DNA of 63,510 nt, filler included, from Octopus bimaculoides (lineage: Eukaryota), in NCBI RefSeq assembly GCF_001194135.2. It is 4 parts of 4 records of this genome, joined end to end, with 100 filler letters (N's around TTAATTAATTAA, not from the genome) between each part and the next. Parts side by side here need not be neighbours in the genome. Positions count along the whole stretch, not along the records: positions 1 to 18,852 come from NC_068999.1; positions 18,953 to 36,860 come from NC_068988.1; 2 more parts are not named here. One strand, written 5' to 3'. A program made the translations under genes and the position numbers. The notes below the pieces were generated by a model that did not search any database, was not told the DNA's origin, and saw only the letters and a list, made by a program, of their open reading frames with translations. Every line of letters starts with the position of its first letter. Position 1 is the first letter of the stretch. This document shows positions 15,101-27,937 of the stretch, in pieces.

Positions 15101-15769
15101 TATATCCCAGATACACACCAATATTCACATACACAAACACACGAACGCAAACATATACAAAGGCATACGCTATCAGATACATATATACATAATCTTACAC
15201 ACTACACCAATGTTCACGATTCATATTCTTATACATTTATTATATACAAATATGAAATAATTTCCATATTATTTCTTCGTGATTCATATTCTGTAAATTC
15301 TTACACGATTTAATTTTTTATAGAATTTTTTAATCTTTGGTGTTGCTTTATAAAAATGAATGCATCGCACGATTATTATATTTTTTTTTTCGAAAATTTC
15401 GTTCTCTTTTAGAAAAGATTATTCAAATAATTTGGATTGTGCATCAAACTGGACAGACAAAACAAAACAAAACACATTCTACTATTCAGTTTCGCACAAT
15501 AACTTTGATAACAGAATTCAAAATATTCGATTTCATTTCATACATGATAGAACATAACATGATTTTTCTTTTACAATTTTCTTCTGCTTATCATCACGAT
15601 TTTTTTTCTTAATATTTTAACATTTCCAAAACTTCACGCTTGGCTTCAGTTAACACTTGTATCCACTTGGCTTTTCTTTTCAGATTTCAAAATCAAGAAA
15701 AAACAAAGACTCTTAAGATATAAATACATACATATACATATATGTGTGTGTGTGTATGTAAATGTGTGA

Positions 15770-15811
<42 letters not shown>

Positions 15812-17164
15812 GCACTCTACATATGTGTGTTTATGTTGTGAATCAACATACACTTACATACACACAACCCATCGCAGTACAAGTAAAGTATCAAGTACTT
15901 TATGACGAATGGAATTTATATAGAATTTTTATATTTCATTTTTTTTTTCGAAGATTCTCCGTAGTGTATCTGATTCTATTTTGCCAATTTCTTCTAAAGA
16001 TTTTCAAAGAATTATTCTCTTGTAAACTGTGGTGATGCTATTGATAATGAGGAGATATAGAAAAAAAGAAAAAAAGACGAGAATGATGAGGAAAGCAAAG
16101 AGTAAGAGGTCGGGGAAGAAGAACATTGAGGCATTGGAGCTGACGGATGGTAGCAGTGATTGTCATGTTTCTCGTGGTAGTGGTGCTGTGGTGGTAACGA
16201 TGGTGGTGGTGGTGACGATGACGATGGTAGTGGTGTTAGTGCAAGTGGTCTAAAAAGAATGCGCATGTGTAGGAGGTTTAACGGGTTTTAGTGTTGTGCC
16301 CGAGGAGAAGGAAAGGAATGAAGTACTAGATAAACGGGTGGGTGGGGGAGATTCGACTTCAACTGAACGAAGACCACGAGTGTGATGACTAAAGTACTGA
16401 TAAATATTGAGATAGAGTTGGAAGTGATGTTGATAATAAGGTGAGGATGACGTTTATATATGACAGGAAAACTGATAGCGACTTAGGATATGACTTGTTT
16501 TGCTGTACACACTGTCAGGGAATGTGATATGTATCTAGAATTTCTGACAATTATTTATTAAACATTATGTAAATCATATTCGCCAAAAATGTTCATAATT
16601 ATTTCTACATTGTAAAATCTTCCTGTCCACAGATTACCAAAGATCTCAGATGATCATGCTTCGTTGATGTGGAATAATATAACAAAAAAAATTGCTCAGA
16701 GCTGTCAACCTGTCAGCTAACGAAAACCGTGTTTCCCTCTAAAGTTCGAATTCTAATTTTCTATGAAATTAATTTTTAATTTGTTGATATTTTCACATTT
16801 TAGCTTTGAAAGTCACTCGCAATTGCCACTAAATGTTTGTTTCCTTTGACTAACTGAATCTTCAAATTGATTAGAATATTTTTGTGGTACGCCATTCAGT
16901 ACGTCTTCACCTCAGTAAATAATTAAATATTCTGACATCTTTATTATGATTGTACTGATGGCTAAATCACAAGCGAGGCAGGTTACAAAACGTTGAGGAG
17001 TGGAGAAAAGGAAAAGGTTGTTAATTATAAGATGCATATAATAATGATTCCATTTACTTGCCACCGGTGCGAACGATGAACGGGAATATACAAAGATAAA
17101 CACAAAGTGTTGGGGCTGGTTTTACTAGCATTACATTTGGGCAGATACTTTAAATATAGGACGA

Positions 17165-17677
17165 CAGTAATCACTCGCCATATCATGATTCACCTATCAT
17201 GCCCTCTGTACATGGCGGATTTTTCTGACTAATGTATGTAAATTTATATCGCAGACTCCTCAGTAAATCATGGATTTCTGCTGCTAATAGGTCTTCATAT
17301 TTTATAGATTTTCCTTATTTCTGTGGTAAGATAAGCATTTTCACACCTATAAAGTAATAAATTAATAAATAAAAATACAGTGCAGTACTGCACTGTATAA
17401 CACTTTAGTTAAAATATATTAAAAGAAAATACGTAGTGTACCGTAGAGGAGGAAACAAAGAATCACACATAATGTATGGAAAAAGAAGAGAGTCGGGTAC
17501 TCCTAGGAATGTGGTGAGAATTTATAAAAGTTTAAATATAGAAAATAATAAAATACATATATACAAATTATAAAAAAATAAAAAGAAAATAGAGTACAGT
17601 ACGGTTTTTACTTCGCGGAATCTCACATGTAGCAGGGGTTTGGAACGTAACACTCGCGGTAGTCGAGGGCATACCTT
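17165..17677. mobile_element. Tigger/pogo-like MITE
   Basis: Left end CAGTAATCACTCGCCATATC and right end GGAACGTAACACTCGCGGTAGTCGAGGGCATAC resemble Tigger-type MITE termini. AT-rich interior; TIRs degenerate. Confidence 0.5.
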
Positions 17678-18310
17678 ATATCTTATCTATGTACCACTGA
17701 AAATAATCTTAAATATTTGTTGACCGGAAACTTCGTATCGCAAAATAAGAAAATTAGCAATGATGATAATATTTATTTGGTCAAGCTTTCATCAATTCAT
17801 CGGATATCCTTCGAGGAGACGGGTGAGGCTAGAGACGGACGTGCGGCCTTCTACTGTGTTTATTAAAAAGTGAACCTGACTGGGAAGACTGTTTGAAGTT
17901 GAATCATATTTGAGCAGGAAAGAAACTGGAAGATGGTATATCCCATGCCTTGGGGATGACTGTGTAATCCGGGACTTTTGTCCGCCCAAAATAGACTGGC
18001 TCGCTATTAGGAATTCTAGGTATTCATTATATATTTTTCTAATTTCTACTTCTACAACCCATTGTTAAATACTTTTATTTAATCTTTTGTTAAATAAATC
18101 TTCTACATAGACACTCCACTTGATAGATGTAAACCTCACCTGCTTTGTGTATTGTATCACTTCATTTGACACTGTACCTCGTGGCTTGAGCCTTTCTGAC
18201 CAATAAAAGAATATTTCATCATCTTCGTTCGTGTTCTTCTACTGCTTCTTCTTCATCTTCATCTTCATCTTCTTATTGTTATTATTTTTCAGAGAGAGAG
18301 AGAGAGAGAG

Positions 18311-18600
18311 CAGTGCATGCCATCAAAGTGACACATGGATAAAATATACGAAGCCCAGTATACACATCATGACAACTCGTGTGATACGGGTACACCAGGC
18401 ACATGCATTACAACGATATGTGCGCAGCATGGACATCTCATGCCACAATAAACAGCGTATGATATTGCAGGAGGGGTACAGTTACAATATTCTTCAGGTC
18501 GAGTAGCCCATCCCTCTCAAAAGGTCCCTGATTAAGGGTTGTGTTAAGGATGTTGGACAAAATACCCATATTTCCAAAGATGAATTATCCAAACACCAAA
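18311..18600 (-). mobile_element. Unclassified interspersed repeat fragment between (GA)n and (TAC)n/(TAA)n arrays
   Basis: GC-richer island bounded by microsatellites. Recalled from memory as a common octopus repeat whose other end is at 23823-23907; not verifiable from this window alone. Confidence 0.4.
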
Positions 18601-18626
18601 TTATATATATTCGCCAAAAATCTTAA

Positions 18627-18695
<69 letters not shown>

Positions 18696-18768
18696 CAATA
18701 ATAATAATAGCAATTATTATTATTATTATTAGTTATTATTATTTTTGTTATTACTATTATTATTATTG

Positions 18769-18815
<47 letters not shown>
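18627..18815. repeat. Compound trinucleotide microsatellite (TAC)n-(AAT)n-(TTA)n
   Basis: Directly visible. Confidence 0.95.
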
Positions 18816-18816
<1 letters not shown>

Positions 18817-18852
18817 GCTTTCGATAGGGTAGACCATCAATACTTGGAGGCT

Positions 18853-18952
18853 NNNNNNNNNNNNNNNNNNNNNNNNNNNNNNNNNNNNNNNNNNNNTTAA
18901 TTAATTAANNNNNNNNNNNNNNNNNNNNNNNNNNNNNNNNNNNNNNNNNNNN
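18853..18952. other. Assembly spacer 44N-TTAATTAATTAA-44N
   Basis: Identical 100-bp construct at 18853, 36861 and 60262. The 12-mer has stops in all six frames. Confidence 0.9.
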
Positions 18953-19059
18953 ATGCGTGTGGGGGGGTATGCGTGTGGGGGGTGAAAGTGTGTGCGTGTG
19001 TGTGCAGGTGAGACTTTCTTTATGAATGTGTCTCTGTGACCATTCACGCATGCGTATAT

Positions 19060-19297
19060 TGTGTTTGTTACGATGATGTATGTTTGCATTTACACGTGTG
19101 AATACATATATATGTGTGTGTGCATGTGTGTGTGCATGTGTGTGTGAGTGTGTGTGTGTGTGTGTGTGTAAGTATAATGTATACATATATATGTATGTGT
19201 GTGTATGCATATATATATGTATTTATATATATGCATATATGTATGTATATATGTACGTATATATGTACATATATATATATACACACATATATATGTT

Positions 19298-19342
<45 letters not shown>

Positions 19343-19520
19343 GTGTGTGTGTGTGTTTGTATATTTGTATATATATATGTGTAGGTATATATATGTATGA
19401 ATATATATGTATGCATATATGTACCAATATATATATGCATATATATATTATAAATGCATATATAGATATATATATATGTATATATATATATACATACATG
19501 CATACATGCATACATATATG
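19060..19520. repeat. Compound (TG)n/(TA)n low-complexity tract
   Basis: Directly visible; source of several spurious ORFs. Confidence 0.95.
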
Positions 19521-19639
19521 GGTATCGGACATCACCGACAGTGGAAATAACATGAAATACGTAAACATCAAGAAAAGATTGTAAACTAGACAAATAAACA
19601 AAGAAAAAAGACCCTTCATCAGTTGTTGGCATTTGGAGG

Positions 19640-19713
<74 letters not shown>

Positions 19714-20171
19714 NNNNNNNNNNNNNNNNNNNNNNNNNNNNNNNNNNNNNNNNNNNNNNNNNNNNNNNNNNNNNNNNNNNNNNNNNNNNNNNNNNNNNNN
19801 NNNNNNNNNNNNNNNNNNNNNNNNNNNNNNNNNNNNNNNNNNNNNNNNNNNNNNNNNNNNNNNNNNNNNNNNNNNNNNNNNNNNNNNNNNNNNNNNNNNN
19901 NNNNNNNNNNNNNNNNNNNNNNNNNNNNNNNNNNNNNNNNNNNNNNNNNNNNNNNNNNNNNNNNNNNNNNNNNNNNNNNNNNNNNNNNNNNNNNNNNNNN
20001 NNNNNNNNNNNNNNNNNNNNNNNNNNNNNNNNNNNNNNNNNNNNNNNNNNNNNNNNNNNNNNNNNNNNNNNNNNNNNNNNNNNNNNNNNNNNNNNNNNNN
20101 NNNNNNNNNNNNNNNNNNNNNNNNNNNNNNNNNNNNNNNNNNNNNNNNNNNNNNNNNNNNNNNNNNNNNNN

Positions 20172-20172
20172 N

Positions 20173-20224
<52 letters not shown>

Positions 20225-20423
20225 TTGCATGTGTGTGTGTGTGTGTGTGTGTGTGTTCTTTTCACATACACACAGACATATGCTCACACATTGCAAAAAC
20301 AGAAGACCCGAAAGGGAAAAAGAGAGAAAGAAAGAAAGAGAAAGGAAAGATAAAAGAAAGGGAAGGAGTGAAAGAAAGAAAGAAAGAAAGAAAGAGAGAA
20401 AGAAAGAAATAATGTAGGAAGGA

Positions 20424-20463
<40 letters not shown>

Positions 20464-20466
20464 ATA

Positions 20467-20498
<32 letters not shown>

Positions 20499-20820
20499 AG
20501 GAAGGAAGAAGGAAGGAAGAAAGAAAGAAACAAACAAACAAACAAAGAAGGAAGGAAGGAAGGAAAGAAAAAAGAAAATAAGAAAGAGAAAGAAAAAAGA
20601 AAGAAAGAAAGGAAACAAAAGAAAGACAGAAAGACAGAGATAATGAAAGAAAGAAAGGAAGGAAAAAGGAAGGAAAAAAGGAAGAAATAATGAAAGAAAG
20701 AAAGAAAGAAAGAGAAACAAAAGAAAGAATGAATGAATAGAAAGAAAGCAAAAAGAAAGAAAGAAAGACACAAACAACGCGAGAGAGGGTAGAAAGAGAG
20801 GAGAGAGAGGGAGCAAGAGA
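20172..20820. repeat. (TC)n-(TG)n followed by ~500-bp purine-rich (GAAA/GGAA)n tract
   Basis: Directly visible; the purine tract spans about 20310-20820. Confidence 0.95.
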
Positions 20821-21124
20821 CAAACCGACAAAGGATAAGCCACAATTTCTCCCCTACCCGGTACCCTTGAAACGCACAAACCCCATCCACCCTTTTTGCC
20901 GCAAAACACATAAAATCAAAATAAATAAATGAAAAAGAAGTAAAAGTTTAAATCAAGAAAATCGGCCAAAAAATGAGAACAAACTATTGGTTTTTACGGT
21001 AAATTTACGGCAGGTGTCCACCGCTTTATTACGTGCAGCAGTGGTCGACGACCAATCGTTTATACATATATATATAGAGAGAGAGATACACACACACAAA
21101 CATACGCACACATATATACATGTT

Positions 21125-21159
<35 letters not shown>

Positions 21160-21879
21160 NNNNNNNNNNNNNNNNNNNNNNNNNNNNNNNNNNNNNNNNN
21201 NNNNNNNNNNNNNNNNNNNNNNNNNNNNNNNNNNNNNNNNNNNNNNNNNNNNNNNNNNNNNNNNNNNNNNNNNNNNNNNNNNNNNNNNNNNNNNNNNNNN
21301 NNNNNNNNNNNNNNNNNNNNNNNNNNNNNNNNNNNNNNNNNNNNNNNNNNNNNNNNNNNNNNNNNNNNNNNNNNNNNNNNNNNNNNNNNNNNNNNNNNNN
21401 NNNNNNNNNNNNNNNNNNNNNNNNNNNNNNNNNNNNNNNNNNNNNNNNNNNNNNNNNNNNNNNNNNNNNNNNNNNNNNNNNNNNNNNNNNNNNNNNNNNN
21501 NNNNNNNNNNNNNNNNNNNNNNNNNNNNNNNNNNNNNNNNNNNNNNNNNNNNNNNNNNNNNNNNNNNNNNNNNNNNNNNNNNNNNNNNNNNNNNNNNNNN
21601 NNNNNNNNNNNNNNNNNNNNNNNNNNNNNNNNNNNNNNNNNNNNNNNNNNNNNNNNNNNNNNNNNNNNNNNNNNNNNNNNNNNNNNNNNNNNNNNNNNNN
21701 NNNNNNNNNNNNNNNNNNNNNNNNNNNNNNNNNNNNNNCACACACACACACACACACACACGCAAACTCCACCCGCACACATATGTTCGTAGTTTTGTGT
21801 TACCTTTTTGCCTTGAATGGGCAAAGTCCTCTGGCGATGCTGACCGAAGAACGCTGTGTAAAATAACGATTTCAAATTT

Positions 21880-22003
21880 TAGCACAAAGCCAGCAATTTC
21901 GGAGAATGAAGGAAGGTAGTCGATTGGATCGCTCTCAGTTCTCAACTAGTTTTTACTATAATGTCCCGCAAAGGATGAAAAGTAATATCAACCCCCGACG
22001 GCT
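21880..22003 (-). mobile_element. SINE family B core/tail fragment (tail type ii), degenerate
   Basis: GCACAAAGCCAGCAATTTCGG...GTCGATTGGATC...AAAGGATGAAAAG matches the reverse complement of family B. Confidence 0.6.
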
Positions 22004-23604
22004 TGATGCTGTGGAAAATAATCTTCTTTCTTTTATCGTTTACTTGTAGTCGTTTTGGAGATTCATGATTCAGTAATTATTTCGGTTTCCTTCTGCTGGT
22101 TTATTTTTATTTTACTCAGCTATCCCCTTATTCTACCGGGCGTAACCTTGAGACACAGGGCTTGTTTGAAGCTTAGACAACCGTCTGGCTCACGTGAAAG
22201 CAGGTCTTATCCACGCTATAGTGGGCTTGCGTACACTTGTCTAGGGGTTAGCCCTGATCCCAGATTTTTATGCTTTGTGCGCAGAAATATCGTTTGCAGG
22301 TTCCTTGACAGCTGATATCGTACCAAATCAGAACAGATCTGGGAGATGTGGCGAGTGAGAGTAACTCCGTATTCCCTAAAAGTCGAGATCTGTCGAGCTA
22401 GAGGCGTTTAATGCCATGGTCCTGGCTCTATCTATTATAGCGCTACACTATGAATAGGTATATGCAGTGATGTTTCTTCATTTATTCCATAACATCTCTT
22501 CATTTATTCCACTCCAGCATCGGTTTTAGTCACCAGGTAAACGGTCGCATAATTCTTACTTCAGCCAACATAATGGCGTCGCCACACGCATCAATCAGAG
22601 ATTCCTTCAGTTGTTGTCCGAAGAATATAAGAAAAACTCTTGTATCTTTAACAATGGAGAGACATGTGGCTTTTTCCCTCGATATCTATTAGCTCAAGCA
22701 AGGTGGCATTTGTCTTGGTCACGTATTTCTACCGTATATATCGTTTCTCTGCTAAGTAATTCATGCTCAAAGCTTCTCTTTAGCAGGCAATACAGGCGAA
22801 AAGACTGCTGGCAGTCTTCTTAACTGTAAAACAAAAGGCAATATATTTGCTCATAAAAATTGGTTAGCTTAAAACTTCTTTCTTGTATTCTTCTTTATTT
22901 ATTTATTCTTTATTTATTTGCGTTTGCTAATATTGTATTAATGTTGCTACAACTGTTTTTCTTCTTAGTGTTTTTAACCGTTTCGTTCCAATTGTTCTAA
23001 CGATATTTTTAAACGCTAAAATACATATTATAAAGAAGAAAGTGATATTTCAAACGCAATATAGCCATGAAAACAGCAGAAAGATTGGGTTTTCTTACTC
23101 TGTCTGATAAGACGGAAGAAAAGTTGTCAACAGACCTGTCTGTTGACTGCTTCTGTTTCTTTTTTATTCCAGTCTTTCTGCAATTTTCACGATTATACTG
23201 CGTTCGAAATATAGTTTCTTGTCTATAATACGACACACGTTCGACGATTCTAAAAACAAAATAAAAATTTTGTTTACATATTTTTCTGTGCGATGTGTGG
23301 ATCATTAAAGAGAAATTAATTTTTGTCTGCTTGTTCACTCTCTATTTACATTCATAGTCAGGTTTTAAGAGGGTGTAATTTTGAAGAGAAGCTGTCTCGA
23401 TTGAACTATAAACAGACACAAGAAATAAACAGAGTTATTTATAAAAGGACAAAGCATGTCTCCGACGTTACCGGGTGTGATTCCAATGCGCTCCAGGAGA
23501 TTTACGGTTGAAAATTATCCAAAATGAAATATCTTTATTTCAGTTGTATTTGGTAAAAATCCAGAATTATTGGAGAGAGATGTAAGCAAGTCTGCTCAAA
23601 TGGT

Positions 23605-23620
23605 AATGATAATAATAATG

Positions 23621-23653
<33 letters not shown>

Positions 23654-23692
23654 GTTATTATTATTATTACTATTATTATTATTATTATTATT
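23605..23692. repeat. Inverted (AAT)n/(ATT)n microsatellite pair
   Basis: Directly visible. Confidence 0.9.
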
Positions 23693-23785
23693 TCTACCAT
23701 AGGAAAAATTTGAACTCAGAGCATAAAGACTTACGGAATGCCGTTAAGCATTTTGCCATGCATGTTAACGATTCTGCTAACTCTC
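23692..23785 (-). mobile_element. SINE family B head with core deleted
   Basis: TTTGAACTCAGAGCATAAAGAC...GCATTTTGCC...GTTAACGATTCTGCTAACTC. Confidence 0.7.
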
Positions 23786-23822
23786 AACTTTAACAACAAC
23801 AATAATAATAATAATAATGATA

Positions 23823-23907
23823 AATGCCCTGATGCAGTACTTGGCCGTGGCTCTCATGGCTTCTGATCTTAACTGATTGGAAGTGTTATCATGTACATTG
23901 TTTTGTC
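23823..23907 (+). mobile_element. Terminal fragment of unclassified repeat next to an (AAT)n array
   Basis: AATGCCCTGATGCAGTAC...ATGTACATTGTTTTGTC, recalled as the other end of the element at 18311. Runs into (GGT)n at 23905-24045. Confidence 0.4.
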
Positions 23908-24106
23908 GTGGTCGTGGTTGTAGTGGTGATGGTCGTGGTATTGCTGTTGGTGATGGTGGTGGCGGTGGTGTTGATCTTGTTGGTGGTGGTGGTATTGGTG
24001 GTAGTGGTGGTGGCAGCGGTAGTGGTGTTGGTGGTGGTGGTGGTATAAAGTATATCAATACTTATGCATTCTAACAAGTTTCATTATATGTACATTCATG
24101 AAACTA

Positions 24107-24153
<47 letters not shown>

Positions 24154-24860
24154 TAATTATATGCACAAACACATGCTTCAATATATATAGATATACGTAT
24201 ATATGTAATTATACGTATATACAGATATATGCATGTGTGTGTGTATGCGGCTCAATGTATGCGTGCGTGCGTGTATGTGTATGTGCATACACCACCTTCC
24301 ACACACACTCACACACGTATACACGCACACACACACACATACATACATACATACAATCATACAGGAACCAGTCTGGGACCCAACACAGAAACAATTATTG
24401 ACAGATATGAATAAGCTGGGCATTAAAAAGAAAAAAAGGGCCAACACCAGGTGTACCCTGTATTCATTGAACAAAAGAACAACAAAATCATAATTAATTG
24501 ATTACGTCTATACATACATACATACATACATACATACATACACACATGTGCTAGTCTGAATGGCTGCGTGTGTGTGTGTGTGAATGGTGTGTATTAATTT
24601 ATCTCTAGTGAAGTGAGAACGAGTCGATTGTCTGACCTTTCTTTTCATTACTGAAATTTCTAGTGTTTTTTTTTTTTTTTACTTTTTCTTTCGTTCATGC
24701 GTTTGTCGTTTAATTAGGGACCAGCTCCTATTGATATTGTTTATTTAGGGAGTAAGAATTGGGGTAACTATAAGGTTAGGGTGTTTTCTATGGAGCTCTT
24801 AAATGGATCAGTGAATTGGAATGGATCTAGCCAACGTCGTTTTCTATTCACACACACACA

Positions 24861-24901
<41 letters not shown>

Positions 24902-26081
24902 ACACTCACACACACACACACGCTCACACACACACACTCACACACTCACAGACGCATGCACACGCGCGCACACAATCACATACATACACAAATATATGCA
25001 CACACGCACACAAACAATGCGCACANNNNNNNNNNNNNNNNNNNNNNNNNNNNNNNNNNNNNNNNNNNNNNNNNNNNNNNNNNNNNNNNNNNNNNNNNNN
25101 NNNNNNNNNNNNNNNNNNNNNNNNNNNNNNNNNNNNNNNNNNNNNNNNNNNNNNNNNNNNNNNNNNNNNNNNNNNNNNNNNNNNNNNNNNNNNNNNNNNN
25201 NNNNNNNNNNNNNNNNNNNNNNNNNNNNNNNNNNNNNNNNNNNNNNNNNNNNNNNNNNNNNNNNNNNNNNNNNNNNNNNNNNNNNNNNNNNNNNNNNNNN
25301 NNNNNNNNNNNNNNNNNNNNNNNNNNNNNNNNNNNNNNNNNNNNNNNNNNNNNNNNNNNNNNNNNNNNNNNNNNNNNNNNNNNNNNNNNNNNNNNNNNNN
25401 NNNNNNNNNNNNNNNNNNNNNNNNNNNNNNNNNNNNNNNNNNNNNNNNNNNNNNNNNNNNNNNNNNNNNNNNNNNNNNNNNNNNNNNNNNNNNNNNNNNN
25501 NNNNNNNNNNNNNNNNNNNNNNNNNNNNNNNNNNNNNNNNNNNNNNNNNNNNNNNNNNNNNNNNNNNNNNNNNNNNNNNNNNNNNNNNNNNNNNNNNNNN
25601 NNNNNNNNNNNNNNNNNNNNNNNNNNNNNNNNNNNNNNNNNNNNNNNNNNNNNNNNNNNNNNNNNNNNNNNNNNNNNNNNNNNNNNNNNNNNNNNNNNNN
25701 NNNNNNNNNNNNNNNNNNNNNNNNNNNNNNNNNNNNNNNNNNNNNNNNNNNNNNNNNNNNNNNNNNNNNNNNNNNNNNNNNNNNNNNNNNNNNNNNNNNN
25801 NNNNNNNNNNNNNNNNNNNNNNNNNNNNNNNNNNNNNNNNNNNNNNNNNNNNNNNNNNNNNNNNNNNNNNNNNNNNNNNNNNNNNNNNNNNNNNNNNNNN
25901 NNNNNNNNNNNNNNNNNNNNNNNNNNNNNNNNNNNNNNNNNNNNNNNNNNNNNNNNNNNNNNNNNNNNNNNNNNNNNNNNNNNNNNNNTGTCATTATTTC
26001 TTCCGACGTCCAAACCATTGTGCCAGCCCACAGCCTGATCAAAGAATCAATAATCCATTCCACTCAAAGCACCACGCCTGA

Positions 26082-26268
26082 AATTTTGGTGAGGGCTGTT
26101 AATCGATTACTTCGACGCCGATGCTCAACTGGGGCTTATTTTATCGTTCTCGGAAGATGAACGGCATGGTCGACTTTGGAGAAATTCGAACTCAGGAAGT
26201 ACAGACGGACGAAATGCCGCTAAGTATTTTGCTCGGCATGCTAACGATTCTGACAGCTTACCGCCTTA
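26082..26268 (-). mobile_element. SINE family B
   Basis: Reverse-complement head (CTAACGATTCTGACAGCTTACCGCCTT) and core. Confidence 0.85.
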
Positions 26269-26454
26269 AGTGGTAGTTGTAATGATGTGGCATAAAGTTG
26301 TTGTTGTTGATGTTGTTGCTGTTGTTCCTTTGATTGTTTTTGTTTAATCATTTCCGTGTATTCCGTAAAAGTCTTTACTGATTCAAGTGCCGCCGTTGGT
26401 TTAGCTACGAAAAAAAAGAACGACTCATCCGTACCACACAGCAAAACCGAACTA

Positions 26455-26960
26455 CACACGTTCACACACACACACACACACACACACCCACACACATACA
26501 CACACTCACACATCACACATCACACGCACATCACATGCAAACACACACGTTCACACACACACACATTCATACACACACATACGCACGCACAAACACACAC
26601 ACATAACAAAAACACGTTCAAACACACATTCACACACACACACTCATGCACGGCACGCACACACACATACACACACGTTCACACATTCATACACACACAT
26701 ACGCACACACATTCATACACACACATACGCACACGTACACACACACACACACATTCATACACACATGCGCTCACACACACAAACATGTTCACACACACAT
26801 ACACACATTCATACACACATACGCACACACGTTCACATACACACATCCATACACACACTTACGCACACACATACACACAAACACGTTCACATACACACAC
26901 ATACACGGCACGCGCACACACATACACAGCACACACACACACACACACATACACACACAG
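26455..26960. repeat. CA-derived degenerate minisatellite with recurring ACACATTCATACACACACATACGC-like unit
   Basis: Unit recurs at about 26562, 26681, 26705, 26750 and 26801. Confidence 0.8.
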
Positions 26961-27488
26961 AAAAATCACTAGGACTTGATGCCCAAAACAAACAAAAAAA
27001 AAACTTTTAACTAAAAAGAAAGAAAACGAAATTTCAGACAATGCATTTCAATTATATTATTTTCAAGAGAATGAAATAAAATTTACAAATCACTGAAAAT
27101 AAAATTTTCGAAAGGCAAAACGAAAAAAAAAACAAAATAAAAACAGAAAATGGCGGAATAGAAAAATGAGAATGAAAACATAAGCTAACTTAAAAAGGAA
27201 ATTCTTCAATAAACACATTGTTTCCTTAAGCAGACATAAAATATTCAAGTGGATATTTAGGCTTGTACGTTTTTATTGTCCTAATGTGTTTTCTTCGCGG
27301 GTGGGGTGTAGTTCTTTATATATATATACATACATATATATGCATATATGTTTGTGTATGTGTGTGTGTGTAAATCCGTATCAATCAGTGTGTATACATA
27401 TGTATTTGTATGTGTGTATACAGAAATATAATTATACATGTGCGTGTGTGTTTGTGTGTGCGTGTTTGTGTTCATCTCTTTCTACCAT

Positions 27489-27547
<59 letters not shown>

Positions 27548-27900
27548 GCCGAAATATCTATATCTATGTATATATATATATGTATGTTACGTATATATGA
27601 ATACGTATATATATATGTGTACGTGTATACATATACATATATATATATATATATANNNNNNNNNNNNNNNNNNNNNNNNNNNNNNNNNNNNNNNNNNNNN
27701 NNNNNNNNNNNNNNNNNNNNNNNNNNNNNNNNNNNNNNNNNNNNNNNNNNNNNNNNNNNNNNNNNNNNNNNNNNNNNNNNNNNNNNNNNNNNNNNNNNNN
27801 NNNNNNNNNNNNNNNNNNNNNNNNNNNNNNNNNNNNNNNNNNNNNNNNNNNNNNNNNNNNNNNNNNNNNNNNNNNNNNNNNNNNNNNNNNNNNNNNNNNN

Positions 27901-27937
<37 letters not shown>

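Noticed and set aside
16029-16253. 74-aa ORF
   Set aside because: Low-complexity GTG/GAT/purine sequence.
17792-17989. 65-aa ORF or CR1/Jockey-like 3' relic
   Set aside because: Only a weak W..P.S.FP..YD-like resemblance; cannot be supported.
22500-22840. Possible Tc1 transposase relic on the minus strand (RGKKPHVS, CVWRR)
   Set aside because: Motifs too short and in different frames; no TIRs found.
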